A stretch of 29,289 nucleotides of DNA from Candidatus Methylomirabilota bacterium (GTDB taxonomy: Bacteria; Methylomirabilota; Methylomirabilia; Rokubacteriales; CSP1-6): contig JBKPAK010000261.1 of NCBI GenBank assembly GCA_046726415.1, positions 1 to 29,289 on the forward strand, given 5' to 3'. Numbering within the stretch: the stretch's first letter is position 1; every line of letters starts with the position of its first letter. Of the stretch, positions 1-10,406 are shown in pieces. The notes below the pieces were generated by a model. The model saw only the letters and a program-made list of their open reading frames with translations. It ran no database searches and was not told the DNA's origin. A program made the translations under genes and the position numbers.

Positions 1-255
1 GTCCCGCTCCTCCGGCTCGGCGCGCGTCCGCAGCCCCCGGCCGCCCGCCTCCAGGAAGGCGCGCTTCCACGCCTCCAGCTCGTGGCCCGGCACCTGGCTC
101 TCGCGCGACACGGCGTCCAGCCCCTCGCCGCGCAGCAGCCTCAGGACCAATTCGGTCTTGCGCTGGATACTCCACCGTTCGGGCAGCTCCTCGCCCGCCG
201 CCAGGGTACTGCCGTCACTGTCGGGTGGCGTCCGTCTCCGAGGTCTGTTGGCCAT
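1..255 (-). mobile_element. IS3-family transposase OrfA (HTH), runs off window edge
   Basis: Not in ORF track. Minus strand from ATG 255 (RBS AAGGAGG ~262-268): MANRPRRR...ERWSIQRKTELVLRLLRGEGLDAVSRESQVPGHELEAWKRAFLEAGGRGLR, typical IS3 OrfA HTH pattern. Confidence 0.85.
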
Positions 256-295
256 CCCCATCCTCCTTGGTCACCATCTTCGGGTTAGTCAGGAT

Positions 296-326
296 GGTGT
301 CCAAGGAATTCGGGTGCGGTTTACTA
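296..326 (-). repeat. Left terminal inverted repeat of the IS3-family element
   Basis: GGTGTCCAAGGAATTCGGGTGCGGTTTAC resembles IS3-type ends, lies ~40 bp upstream of OrfA and marks a break in the flanking + strand ORF. The partner end is outside the window. Confidence 0.65.
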
Positions 327-461
327 TCCTGCGTACGGGTCGGCGCTAACGTTGCGATCAGGTACCTCGGGACGCAGAAGCCCAAGAAGGGCGGCAACGC
401 CTATCACAACTTCGAGACGTATGCGACGAAGTCGACATCGTCCAGGCAACGCGGGTGGTGA
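327..461 (+). pseudogene. C-terminal remnant of phage-type OB-fold/ssDNA-binding-like protein, cut by IS3
   Basis: RVGANVAIRYLGTQKPKKGGNAYHNFETY starts right at the IS end and lies upstream of a primase; the beta-strand pattern resembles phage SSB-like proteins. Confidence 0.4.
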
Positions 462-512
462 GCGAACAGGAGGCCCAGCCTCGACAGAACGTCGACAGCA
501 ATAGGCTGCCTA

Positions 513-2114
<1,602 letters not shown>

Positions 2115-2127
2115 CCGGAGATCGATC

Positions 2128-2225
2128 ACGGCCAAAGCGGAAGCGAGGAAGCGGGCGCCCGGCAGCGCGAAGAACAGGCCAAAAAGGTCAGCCCGGTGCC
2201 GAAGGGCTACCATACGATGACGCCG
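2128..2225 (+). pseudogene. VOC/glyoxalase (PhnB-like) 5' fragment
   Basis: GGAG RBS, start apparently decayed to ACG, then AKAEARKRAPGS.../AKKVSPVPKGYHTMTP, matching the PhnB-type N-terminus. Confidence 0.7.
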
Positions 2226-2335
2226 ATTACGTGCCGGCGATAGAGTGAGCCCCTAGTGCGGTATTTTCTTGAAGCAAGGGCGGCTCTGCTCGAGATCGTG
2301 GCGCGGCACCCTCGATCAGGCGCTGCTTCGAGAAT

Positions 2336-2410
2336 CCGCGCGTGAGCGGGTTCCCGCCGGAGAAGGTCGTGGTCCACAACCGTCTCCCGGGTGGCGGCTT
2401 CGGGCGCGGT
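2336..2410 (+). pseudogene. Xanthine dehydrogenase/IorB-family molybdopterin subunit, internal fragment
   Basis: RVSGFPPEKVVVHNRLPGGGFGRG matches the 'LPxEKVxVH...LGGGFGRR' motif. Confidence 0.7.
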
Positions 2411-2582
2411 AGTGCGTTTGGACAAGTGAAAGCTGCCATCCTTGGCACCGCCTTCGTCGTTGTTTCCGGATGCGGCGTCGTGCTCACGCTTCTCAGGGGT
2501 CGAGGATTCCTGATGACGAAGACCGCTTCTACTGGCCGCATGGAGACGCTCGGCGAAAGTCGGCGCCGCCGCGGGCCGCTGT

Positions 2583-3869
2583 CTACGCTACGCGAAATAC
2601 TTCGACGGACTCGCGACGGCCGCGGAGCGTCATCGGGGCCATGGGCTCGGCGTCGATGCCAGCGTGATACCGCACCGGCTCCGATATGAGCAGCGTCGAT
2701 CCAAATTCCTTGTTCAGCGCCTCGATGCGAAATGCGACGTTCACGACGTCTCCGATTACCGTGTACTCCTTGCGATCGGCCGATCCGACATTGCCGATGA
2801 TGGCCGGGCCGGCGTGCAAGGCGATGCCGATCCGCGTCGGCGACACGTCGCCCGCGGAAATGAGACCGTCGAGGTCGAGCATGATCTGGCGCGCGGCGGC
2901 AATCGCATTCGCGCAGTCGACGCGGCCGCTCGACAGCGCCGCGCCGAACACGGCGAGGAACCCGTCGCCGAGAAACTTGTTCACGATGCCGTTGTGCTCG
3001 TTGATGATCCGTACCATGAAGGTCCACAGCGTGTTCAGGTAACGCACCACCTCATCCGGCGCGCGGGTCTCGGAAAACGCGGTGAAGTCGCGGATATCGA
3101 GCACCATAACGCACACGTTGCGCAGCTCGGAGTGCTCGCCCGTCGATTGGTAGAGGAGCTGATTCACCACGATGGGCGACACGTGCTGGCCAAAGAGCGC
3201 CACGACCCGCTCGCGCTCATGCACTTCGCAGATCGTCTCGACGATCGTTGTGCGAATACGCTGGCTGACAAACGCGGCCGCGAGCCCGCCGCCGAATAGC
3301 AGTACGATGCGCATCACAAACGTCAGGCGTTCGATGGCGGCAGACCCCACCCACTGTAGCGCCAGAACTTCCGTGTACGCCCCGACCAGGGTGCCGTAGC
3401 CCAGGGCCGCCAGCGTTCCGCTGAACAAACACAGTCTAGGATCGAGGCGCAGCGGTGACAGGATAATGATGAGAAAGTACACGTAGGTGATCGAGCTGGT
3501 CAGGACGTTGAGCGGACGGTCGTACTGGCTCACGATCGCCATCATGGCCGTCGGCATGGCGGCCTCGAAGGCCGCGCGGATATAGGCTCGACTCCTGACC
3601 GGCTCTCTGCCCTCGCGAATGCGGCGGCTCACCCAGATGAAGTTGTGCGTTTCGACGCCGACCCAAGCGGCCATCAAGAAGAGCGTGTACCCGCGGCCGA
3701 GCAAATCATCCTCCGCGAACCCATACGCGAGGTGATAGATCCCTCGACCGACGACGGTGACGGCGAGAATCGATGCGAGAACGGCCGATCGCCGCTGTTC
3801 GGTGAGCAGCATCCGACCTTCGAGCTCTCGCTCAACGTCAGCGCGGGCGGGTGAGAATTTTACGCTCAT
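2583..3869 (-). CDS. Membrane-bound class III adenylate/guanylate cyclase
   Basis: About 6 hydrophobic helices, then VMVLDIRDFT, NKFLGDGFLAVFG, RIGIALHAGPAIIGNVGS, EYTVIGDVVNVAFRIE; the Lys/Thr specificity residues suggest ATP. 428 aa, intact. Confidence 0.95.
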   Translation of the reverse strand: MSVKFSPARADVERELEGRMLLTEQRRSAVLASILAVTVVGRGIYHLAYGFAEDDLLGRGYTLFLMAAWVGVETHNFIWVSRRIREGREPVRSRAYIRAAFEAAMPTAMMAIVSQYDRPLNVLTSSITYVYFLIIILSPLRLDPRLCLFSGTLAALGYGTLVGAYTEVLALQWVGSAAIERLTFVMRIVLLFGGGLAAAFVSQRIRTTIVETICEVHERERVVALFGQHVSPIVVNQLLYQSTGEHSELRNVCVMVLDIRDFTAFSETRAPDEVVRYLNTLWTFMVRIINEHNGIVNKFLGDGFLAVFGAALSSGRVDCANAIAAARQIMLDLDGLISAGDVSPTRIGIALHAGPAIIGNVGSADRKEYTVIGDVVNVAFRIEALNKEFGSTLLISEPVRYHAGIDAEPMAPMTLRGRRESVEVFRVA

Positions 3870-4055
3870 CGTTGCATTTGCGCCGCGTGGCGTTGCATGT
3901 ATCCCTCAGGCGCGCGCCGTGGCGAGCGCGGGGCGCCCGAGACTGGTCGACGCGTGTCAAGCGTATCGCGCGTCGCGGCCCACGAAGACGCGGCCAGCCG
4001 GCGCCTCAGTCAGAGGCCGGCTCGACTCGGCGATTGTAGGTCGCCGGGCGGAGGC

Positions 4056-4139
4056 GGTCTACCCTACCTCCGTCGGGGTGGAGCCATACGGCCAGAGCCC
4101 TTCGGAGCCACGAGCCACCCGACCAAGGGAGGGTAGACC
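4056..4139. repeat. Long imperfect inverted repeat between divergent cyclase and response regulator genes
   Basis: GGTCTACCCTACCT..GTCGGGGTGG pairs with CCACCCGAC..AGGGAGGGTAGACC. Confidence 0.7.
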
Positions 4140-4202
4140 CCGCGTCGCTCTACCGCTAGCCTGACTCTCGTGGGCCAACGCGACCGAACGATAGAGGGAG
4201 GC

Positions 4203-4590
4203 ATGGAGGACGACTACGGGGCCGCCGTAGCGGTTGTGGACGACGACGAGTCGCTTCGTCGATCTCTGAGGAACCTCCTGGGATCGAAGGGCTTTCGCGT
4301 GGCGGCGCGTCCGCGGAAGAGTTCCTCGCGTCGACCGACCGGGAGACCGTCGGCTGCATGGTCCTCGATCTGCGACTAGAGGGGATGAGTGGCCTCACCC
4401 TGCTCCAGCACCTGGCGGAGACAGGCTCGGGCATCCCCGTGATCATGCTGACCGCGCACGGGAACGAGCAGACGTGCAGGCGCGCCCTCCAGGCCGGCGC
4501 GGTCGCCTTTCTCGGCAAGCCGGTCGCCGGGGACGTCCTGGTCGAGACGGTCCGCCGGGCCCTCCGCGTGGACACCAGGGTCCGGAGTGA
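4203..4590 (+). pseudogene. Stand-alone FixJ/TodT-like response regulator receiver, frameshift ~4306
   Basis: RBS GGAGG; MEDDYGAAVAVVDDDESLRRSLRNLL / ASAEEFL...CMVLDLRLEGMSGL...PVIMLTAHG...GAVAFLGKP. Confidence 0.85.
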
Positions 4591-4629
4591 GCACGGGTGC
4601 CGACGACGAACGTGGCCATCGGTACGCAG

Positions 4630-4721
4630 AGGCGTCGGGTGTCGTTGCGGCTTGACCTCGCGCCGGGGCTGCCGTCGGTGCTCGGTTGCTCATCAACCTC
4701 GTCATGAATGCCATCGACGGT
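4630..4721 (+). pseudogene. Sensor histidine kinase HATPase N-box fragment
   Basis: RRRVSLRLDLAPGLPSVLG / LINLVMNAIDG, with the usual DRVQLQQV segment missing. Confidence 0.7.
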
Positions 4722-4809
4722 GGGCACTTTTTGCTCGCAGCGCAGCCATGCGCGGCCCGCGGGAATCGCGACGAACCCGACCAGCGTCTCACAGACAGGA
4801 GGAACACCC

Positions 4810-5559
4810 ATGGACAAGCTCGAGGGCAAAGTCGCGGTCGTTACCGGCGCCGCCAAGGGCATCGGGGCATCCATTGCGCGACATCTCGCCGAGGAGGGTG
4901 CTGCCGTCGTGGTCAATTACGCGTCCAGCAAGGACGGTGCTGACCGCGTCGTCGCCGATATCGTCGCCAAGGGTCTGCGGGCCATCACCGTGCAGGCCGA
5001 CATCGCGAGGGCGGCGGACGTCGAACGCCTCTTCGCCGAGACGGCACGCGCGTTCGGTCGGCTCGACATCCTGGTAAACAACGCGGGGGTCTACGAGTTT
5101 CGTCCGCTCGACGAGGTGACCGAGGAGCACTTCCACCGGCATTTCGATCTCAATGTCCTCGGCGTCTTGCTCGCGTCGAAGGCGGCCATGAAGCACTTCG
5201 GCGCCGCCGGGGGAAGCATTATCAACATGAGCTCGATGGTCAGCACGGCCGGCGTCGCCAACGCATCCGTCTACAGCGCCAGCAAGGGCGCGGTCGACGC
5301 GCTGACCCGGACACTCGCCGCCGAACTGGGTCCGCGCAAGGTCCGCGTGAACGCCATCAGTCCCGGCGTGGTGGAGACCGAGGGCACGCACGCGGGCGGG
5401 TTCTTGGACGGTGACTTCCGCAAGGACGTCGAGGCGCGTACGCCGCTCGGGCGTATCGGACAGCCCAGCGACGTCGCGCGGGTCGCGGTCTTCCTGGCCT
5501 CGGACGACGCGGCGTGGATCACCGGCGAGATGCTGCCAGTCACCGGCGGCCTGCGCTGA
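4810..5559 (+). CDS. SDR family oxidoreductase (glucose 1-dehydrogenase/FabG-like)
   Basis: RBS AGGAGG; TGAAKGIG, NNAG, YSASK, RVNAISPG; 249 aa, intact. Confidence 0.95.
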   Translation: MDKLEGKVAVVTGAAKGIGASIARHLAEEGAAVVVNYASSKDGADRVVADIVAKGLRAITVQADIARAADVERLFAETARAFGRLDILVNNAGVYEFRPLDEVTEEHFHRHFDLNVLGVLLASKAAMKHFGAAGGSIINMSSMVSTAGVANASVYSASKGAVDALTRTLAAELGPRKVRVNAISPGVVETEGTHAGGFLDGDFRKDVEARTPLGRIGQPSDVARVAVFLASDDAAWITGEMLPVTGGLR

Positions 5560-5572
5560 TCAGGAGAAACCC

Positions 5573-5605
5573 ATGAGCTTCATCGTCGCGAAGGACGGCA
5601 CGCAA
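5573..5605 (+). pseudogene. Alpha/beta hydrolase (non-heme haloperoxidase-like) first 11 codons
   Basis: RBS AGGAG + MSFIVAKDGTQ, resembling the 'MSxITTKDGTQIxYKDWG' start; similarity ends abruptly. Confidence 0.55.
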
Positions 5606-5908
5606 CGTCGAGGCTCGACCGAGCCTCTCCTGAGAGGGGCCGAGACCTGACGGCGGGCGGCGAGCGGCGCCCTCGACCCTGACGCCAGAATTCGACTCGC
5701 ACGCGATGTAGAGGGTCACGAGCCGAGGCCATCCACTCGTCCGCGCACCGAGCTCGCAGCGCCGACCGCCCGTGTCATCGGACGCTTGCTGCGCAAGATC
5801 GGTGCCCGATCTCAGGTGGGATGAACTACGGGGCAGTTCCGTCCATCGTAGCGGCGCTTAGGACTCTGAGACCTGCAGGTCCTCAGCGCCTTGCCGGCCC
5901 CTGTGAAT

Positions 5909-5943
5909 CCCGAACTGTCGTGATCGCTCACGAGATGTCGTGG
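5909..5943. promoter_or_regulatory. Tandem CGAnnTGTCGTG boxes, candidate enhancer-binding-protein sites
   Basis: CGAACTGTCGTG at 5911 and CGAGATGTCGTG at 5931 (20-bp period); the second is part of the palindrome CACGA-GATG-TCGTG. Confidence 0.4.
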
Positions 5944-6088
5944 ATTTGGCGCCGACGGCGAGGCCGGCCAGCGAGCCACCGTGAGTGACGCGGGAGGCGC
6001 CCTGCTCCGAGGGCTCCGCCCGCGGCGAGCTCAGCGCTCGCGGAACATGTCGTATTAGCGGAAGGAGTCGCGCGGATGGACTGTCACG

Positions 6089-7121
6089 GGTGGCGCCCCT
6101 TCAGCTCGATCACCTGGCCCATCGCCTCGAGGCCGAGAACGTGTATCTCCGCACAGAGATCAGGCGCGAGACGGGCTTCGACAAGATCGTCGGGGAGAGC
6201 CAGGCCATCCTCCACGTTCTCAAGAACGTGGCCCAGGTGGCGGCGGTTGACAGCTCGGTGCTGCTTCTCGGCGAGACGGGCACGGGCAAGGAGCTCCTAG
6301 CCCACGCCATCCATGACAAGAGCCCGCGCCGGAGCGCGCCGCTCGTCACGGTGAATTGTGCGGCACTACCCCCAAGTCTCATCGAGAGCGAGCTGTTCGG
6401 CCACGAGAAAGGCGCGTTCAGCGGGGCGACCGGCTCGAAGACGGGTCGCTTCGAGGTCGCCGAGGGTGGCACGCTGTTCCTGGACGAGATCGGCGAGCTC
6501 TCTGTCGATCTACAGGTGAAGCTGCTCCGGGTCCTGCAGCACGGCGAATTCGAACGGGTCGGCTCCACCCGTCCCCGTAAGGTGGACGTGCGAATCGTCG
6601 CCGCGACAAACCGGGACCTCGCGCAGGCCATGGCCAACGGCGCCTTCAGGGAGGATCTCTACTTCCGCCTCAGTGTCTTCCCCATCCACGTCCCACCGCT
6701 GCGAGATCGACGTCAGGACATTCCCCTCCTCGTCTGGGCCTACATCAACCGCCGCCAGGCCCAGCTCGGGAGGCGCATCGACCGTATCCCGAAGCGCGCC
6801 ATGGAGGCGCTGATGGCCCACGCCTGGCCAGGCAACGTCCGAGAGCTCGAGAACGTGATCGAGCGTGCGCTTATCCTCTCGACCGGGTCCACGCTACGCC
6901 TGGAACAAGCGCTGGGCGCCTCGGCCAGCGGGGCGGCGGGCCATCATGTCACCGAGCGCCTGGACGAGGTCGAACGGGTGCACATCCGGCGGGTGCTGGA
7001 GGGCTGCGGCTGGAAGATCGACGGGAAGGGCCACGCCGCCGAAAAGCTCGGTCTCCATCCCAACACACTGCGCTCGCGGATGGAGAAACTGGGGATCTCG
7101 CGGCCGGCGCGCCGCGCGTAG
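6089..7121 (+). CDS. Sigma54-dependent enhancer-binding protein (FhlA/NtrC-like AAA+ and Fis HTH), N-terminal sensor domain missing; start uncertain
   Basis: RLEAENVYLRTEI, LLLGETGTGKE, ESELFGHEKGAFSGA, LFLDEIGE, WPGNVRELENVIER, AAEKLGLHPNTLRSRMEKLGI. Confidence 0.9.
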
Positions 7122-7191
7122 GCCGGCTCGGGCCGTGTTGTCCGGCGCGTATCTACGCCGACCTCTCGAGCTCGGGGTTCAGCCATCGACG

Positions 7192-7623
7192 CTCGTGCCC
7201 TTCTATCCGATCTGTATCCGCACCTATATCGACGATGGACAGGTGAGTACGCGGCCGATCCGGATCTTCCACGGTGGCGCCGATGACTGGTTGCCGGTCG
7301 CGGCCTGTCGCCAATACGTGGACCGGCTGCGCCAGGCGGGGAAGGACATCCAGCTCACGGAGTACGCTGGAGCACAGCACGGCTTCGACAACCCTACCTC
7401 GCCGCCGACGCTTCGTCTTCCCAACGTGCAGGCCGGACCGGACTGTCGGCTCGAAGAACGAGCTGGCGGACAGATGGTGTTCCGCGACACGGGGCAGCCG
7501 TTCGCGGCCGGCCACCCGTGTGTGCGACGCGGAGCGACGATTGGCTATGATCCGGAGGCGCACCGGCTCGCCCTCGTCGCCGTCAAGGCATTCCTCGTGT
7601 CGGCGCTCAAGGCCGCGCCCTGA
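7192..7623 (+). pseudogene. Dienelactone hydrolase family, C-terminal half
   Basis: FYPIC...PIRIFHGGADDW...TEYAGAQHGFD; nucleophile elbow and start are absent. Confidence 0.8.
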
Positions 7624-7723
7624 GGGGGGACTCATCGTGGGTGGCGATGGCTCGTGCCGGATGCCGAACGACGACGGCAGCATCACGCTGCTGCTATTGG
7701 ACAGGTGAACTGCCTTACACCCC

Positions 7724-7773
7724 AAGGCGCTCGGGCTGACGATCCCGCCTCGGTGCTGCGGCGGGCGGATTAG
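7724..7773 (+). pseudogene. ABC transporter substrate-binding protein (ABC_sub_bind) C-terminal tail
   Basis: KALGLTIPP/SVLRRAD* (1-nt deletion) matches the conserved 'TAKALGLTIPxSLLxRAD' tail. Confidence 0.75.
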
Positions 7774-7983
7774 GCCGAGATCTACCCGGAGTTGGTGACT
7801 ACGAACGCTCAGGGAGAGCCGACAGGCGTGCGTTACCACGTGCTCCCGGCCATGCTGCTGAACGAGCTGCAGCGGCAGCAGCGCGAATCGGATGCCAGGT
7901 TCACCGCTCAGCAGCGGGAGATCGACGAGCTGCGAGCGCAGGTGCGGGCGCTCATCGGTGGAAGAGCGGCGGTCAGAGAGTGA
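7774..7983 (+). pseudogene. Peptidase S74 / tail-fibre intramolecular chaperone domain, C-terminal fragment
   Basis: AEIYPELVTTNAQGEPTGVRYHVLPAMLLNELQRQQR followed by a coiled coil. Confidence 0.8.
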
Positions 7984-8120
7984 GCGACCGTTCTAGGCCA
8001 GGCCGCCTCTGAGCGCTGGCGCGCGGTGCAGTGGGCGGCACTCGATGCGTTGATCAGGACCGAGGAAGGCGAGACGTGAGGGGATGCTCCGCCCCTCAGC
8101 CCCCGTCCTCACACGGACGT

Positions 8121-8489
8121 CGATCAGAACACCTTCCGGTGATGCGGCTCCTCGCATGGCTCTACCGCCCGCTCCTACGCTGGGCCCTCTGCCACCGTGT
8201 CTTGACCCTGGCCGCAGCTGTGCTCGTGCTGGCCGGCGCCCTGGCCCTCGTCGCGCGGTTCGGCCGCGAGTTCATGCCGCTCCTGAACGAGGGCGACCTG
8301 ATGTTCATGCCCATCGCCGACCCCGCCATCTCGTTGCCGCAGGCACTCACCATCACCCGGCTACAGAACGAGGCGATCCAGAAGGTGCCGAAACGCGCCG
8401 AGGTCGTGGCGAAGGTCGCGCGCGCGGACACCTCGACCTCGACCGATCCCGCGCCCCTCAATATGACGGAGACCATCGTGGCGCTGAAA
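8121..8489 (+). pseudogene. cusA: CusA/CzcA heavy-metal RND permease, internal fragment
   Basis: PVMRLLAWLYRPLLRWAL...GREFMPLLNEGDLMFMP...KVARADTSTSTDPAPLNMTETIVALK. Confidence 0.9.
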
Positions 8490-8527
8490 TCCTGGTGTCG
8501 GTGGTTCAATCCTGTCCCTGCCCACCA
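8484..8527 (+). tRNA. tRNA-Phe(GAA) 3' half, degenerate (att-site remnant, not a functional tRNA)
   Basis: CTGAAATCCTGGTGTCGGTGGTTCAATCCTGTCCCTGCCCACCA covers anticodon loop, variable loop, T-arm, acceptor 3' strand and CCA; no 5' half. Confidence 0.8.
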
Positions 8528-8682
8528 TCCTTTCCAGGTAGTTGCAGCTCGGCGAATCGCGAGCATGCACATCTTGCGCCGAAGCCAGTGGCGCAGCCGG
8601 CCGGCGGGCGGATCAGCTGGACCGCGCTGGTCGCGGTGCTCGCCGTGATCGTCGGTGGCCTGCTCCGAGCCTGGGAGGAACT

Positions 8683-9867
8683 CTACGGGGACGCTAGGAC
8701 CTCGTGGAACACGCGGTCGTACTCCGCCGCCATCCGTTCGAGTGCGTGGGAGGCAACGCTCGTCAGGGCGCTGCGCCCGATGCGCTCCCTGAGAGCGCTG
8801 TCGTCTGCGGCTAGGTTCATCGTCCTCCCGAGGCTGTCGAGGTTCCCGCGCTCGAACAGGAGGCCGTTCTCCCGGTGGCGGACAACTTCTCGTGCCGCTG
8901 GGATGTCGGAGGCGATCAGTGCGCGACCGCAGGCCATGGCTTCGAGGTAGACCCGTGACAGGCCCTCACTCTCGGAGGGCTGAACGACCATGTCGGCGAT
9001 GTTGAGAAACCCGGGCATGCGGTCGTACGGAACCCAGCCGACGAACCGGAAGCGATCCATGACCCTGAGTCTCCGGCAGGTCTCCTTCATCTCGGCGAGC
9101 AGCGGCCCCTCCCCGACGATGACGTAGACCAGATCGGTGGCTTGCCCGATCTTGCTGGCGACCGTAACGAGGTCGAGGGGACGCTTGATCGGCTCGATCT
9201 TCGACACGTGGACGACGACGATCTGACCGTGACGGATTCCGAGCCGCTCGAGTAACGTAGGGTCCTTCGCCTCCGGGCGGAAACGACCGAGATCGACGTG
9301 GTTCTGGAGCGTGCAGACCCGACTCAGGCCGCGGTCGCGCAGGCCGTCCTCGAAGAAGCGGGAGACCGTGACGACGCGGTCGGCCCTGCGAAATGCCTCA
9401 AGCCAGGGCCGCCCGTGCTCTTCGGGAAACGAGCCGTCCACGATCCGGGACGTCGGAGTGCCCCGGAGCAACAGGACACAGGGAAGGCTGTGTTCTCGCG
9501 CAATCTGGGGCACGTACCACGCCAGCGGTTCCTGGCCGGCGACGACGACGTCCGGACGCTCGGCCTGGATCAACGCCGGCAAGCGGCGCCGGATCGCGCG
9601 CTGCTCGATCCGGCGGTAGTGTTGGTCGAACGGAATCGTGTCGTAGATGTAGAGGAAGTACGGAACCAGATAACGGGCGAGGCGAATCCCAGGCAACTCC
9701 GGGACGAACGTGCGGTCGAAGTCGCGCCGCTCCGCCGTGATCGGCGCGAGGACCCGGATGCGATGACCGCGTCCGTGCAGCGCGGTCGTGAGCTGGACGA
9801 GGGACACTGCGGTGCCACCATGACGAGGCGGATACGGCCCCACGAAGAGCAGATTCAGGGCATGCAC
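8683..9867 (-). CDS. Glycosyltransferase family 4 (GT-B); start may be 9945
   Basis: LNLLFVGPYPPRHGG, RGHRIRV, ADRVVTVS, PSESEGLSRVYLEAMACGRALIASDI. Confidence 0.93.
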   Translation of the reverse strand: MHALNLLFVGPYPPRHGGTAVSLVQLTTALHGRGHRIRVLAPITAERRDFDRTFVPELPGIRLARYLVPYFLYIYDTIPFDQHYRRIEQRAIRRRLPALIQAERPDVVVAGQEPLAWYVPQIAREHSLPCVLLLRGTPTSRIVDGSFPEEHGRPWLEAFRRADRVVTVSRFFEDGLRDRGLSRVCTLQNHVDLGRFRPEAKDPTLLERLGIRHGQIVVVHVSKIEPIKRPLDLVTVASKIGQATDLVYVIVGEGPLLAEMKETCRRLRVMDRFRFVGWVPYDRMPGFLNIADMVVQPSESEGLSRVYLEAMACGRALIASDIPAAREVVRHRENGLLFERGNLDSLGRTMNLAADDSALRERIGRSALTSVASHALERMAAEYDRVFHEVLASP

Positions 9868-10137
9868 CCGAGCCGCGGCTCCCGGCGACTCAGGCCCTGG
9901 GGCCGCTCGTCTCCCGGAACGGGTCGCAGCACCGGCGCGTGCCATCGACGTACGCAACGTCGGCCGGCGAGAGCTAGTCGACGTACCTTGCGACCACAAG
10001 GGCTGGTCAGCAGCAACGGGAGGCGACGTAGGGCTGAACGCCCGGGGCATCGGAGGGCTCGGATGAACTCGGACTCAGACGTTCTGCCTCTCAGGAGCCG
10101 TGAGCACAGCCCGCGCCGACGGGCTCGAGCTTCAACG

Positions 10138-10340
10138 CTTCTCCCAAGAGTACCTGTTTTGGACCACGCCGCCAAGGCGAACCAGCTGGTCCTCACGCTC
10201 TCGGGCGGCGAGCAGCAGATAGTCGCCCTCACCCGGGGCGTTATCTCCCGGCCCCGGCTCTTGCTAATCGAATCTTCCTGGGGATGATCCGTCGCGCCGA
10301 TCTTCACCTCGAGGCCGATCCAGGCTATTCTCGAGCTGTT
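10138..10340 (+). pseudogene. LivF-like branched-chain amino acid ABC ATPase fragment
   Basis: LLPR...NQLVLTLSGGEQQIVALTRGVISRPRLLLIE.../APIF...IQAILEL: decayed ABC signature and Walker B. Confidence 0.7.
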
Positions 10341-10406
10341 TGACCGCCGGCTGTGGCCGGCGTGCGGAAGCGGACGCGGGGTTCTGCCAATCGGTATCCT
10401 GGGTTC

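Noticed and set aside
4721-4735. Sigma54-like TGGGCACTTTTTGCT upstream of SDR
   Set aside because: GG-to-GC spacing is 8-9 rather than the required 10.
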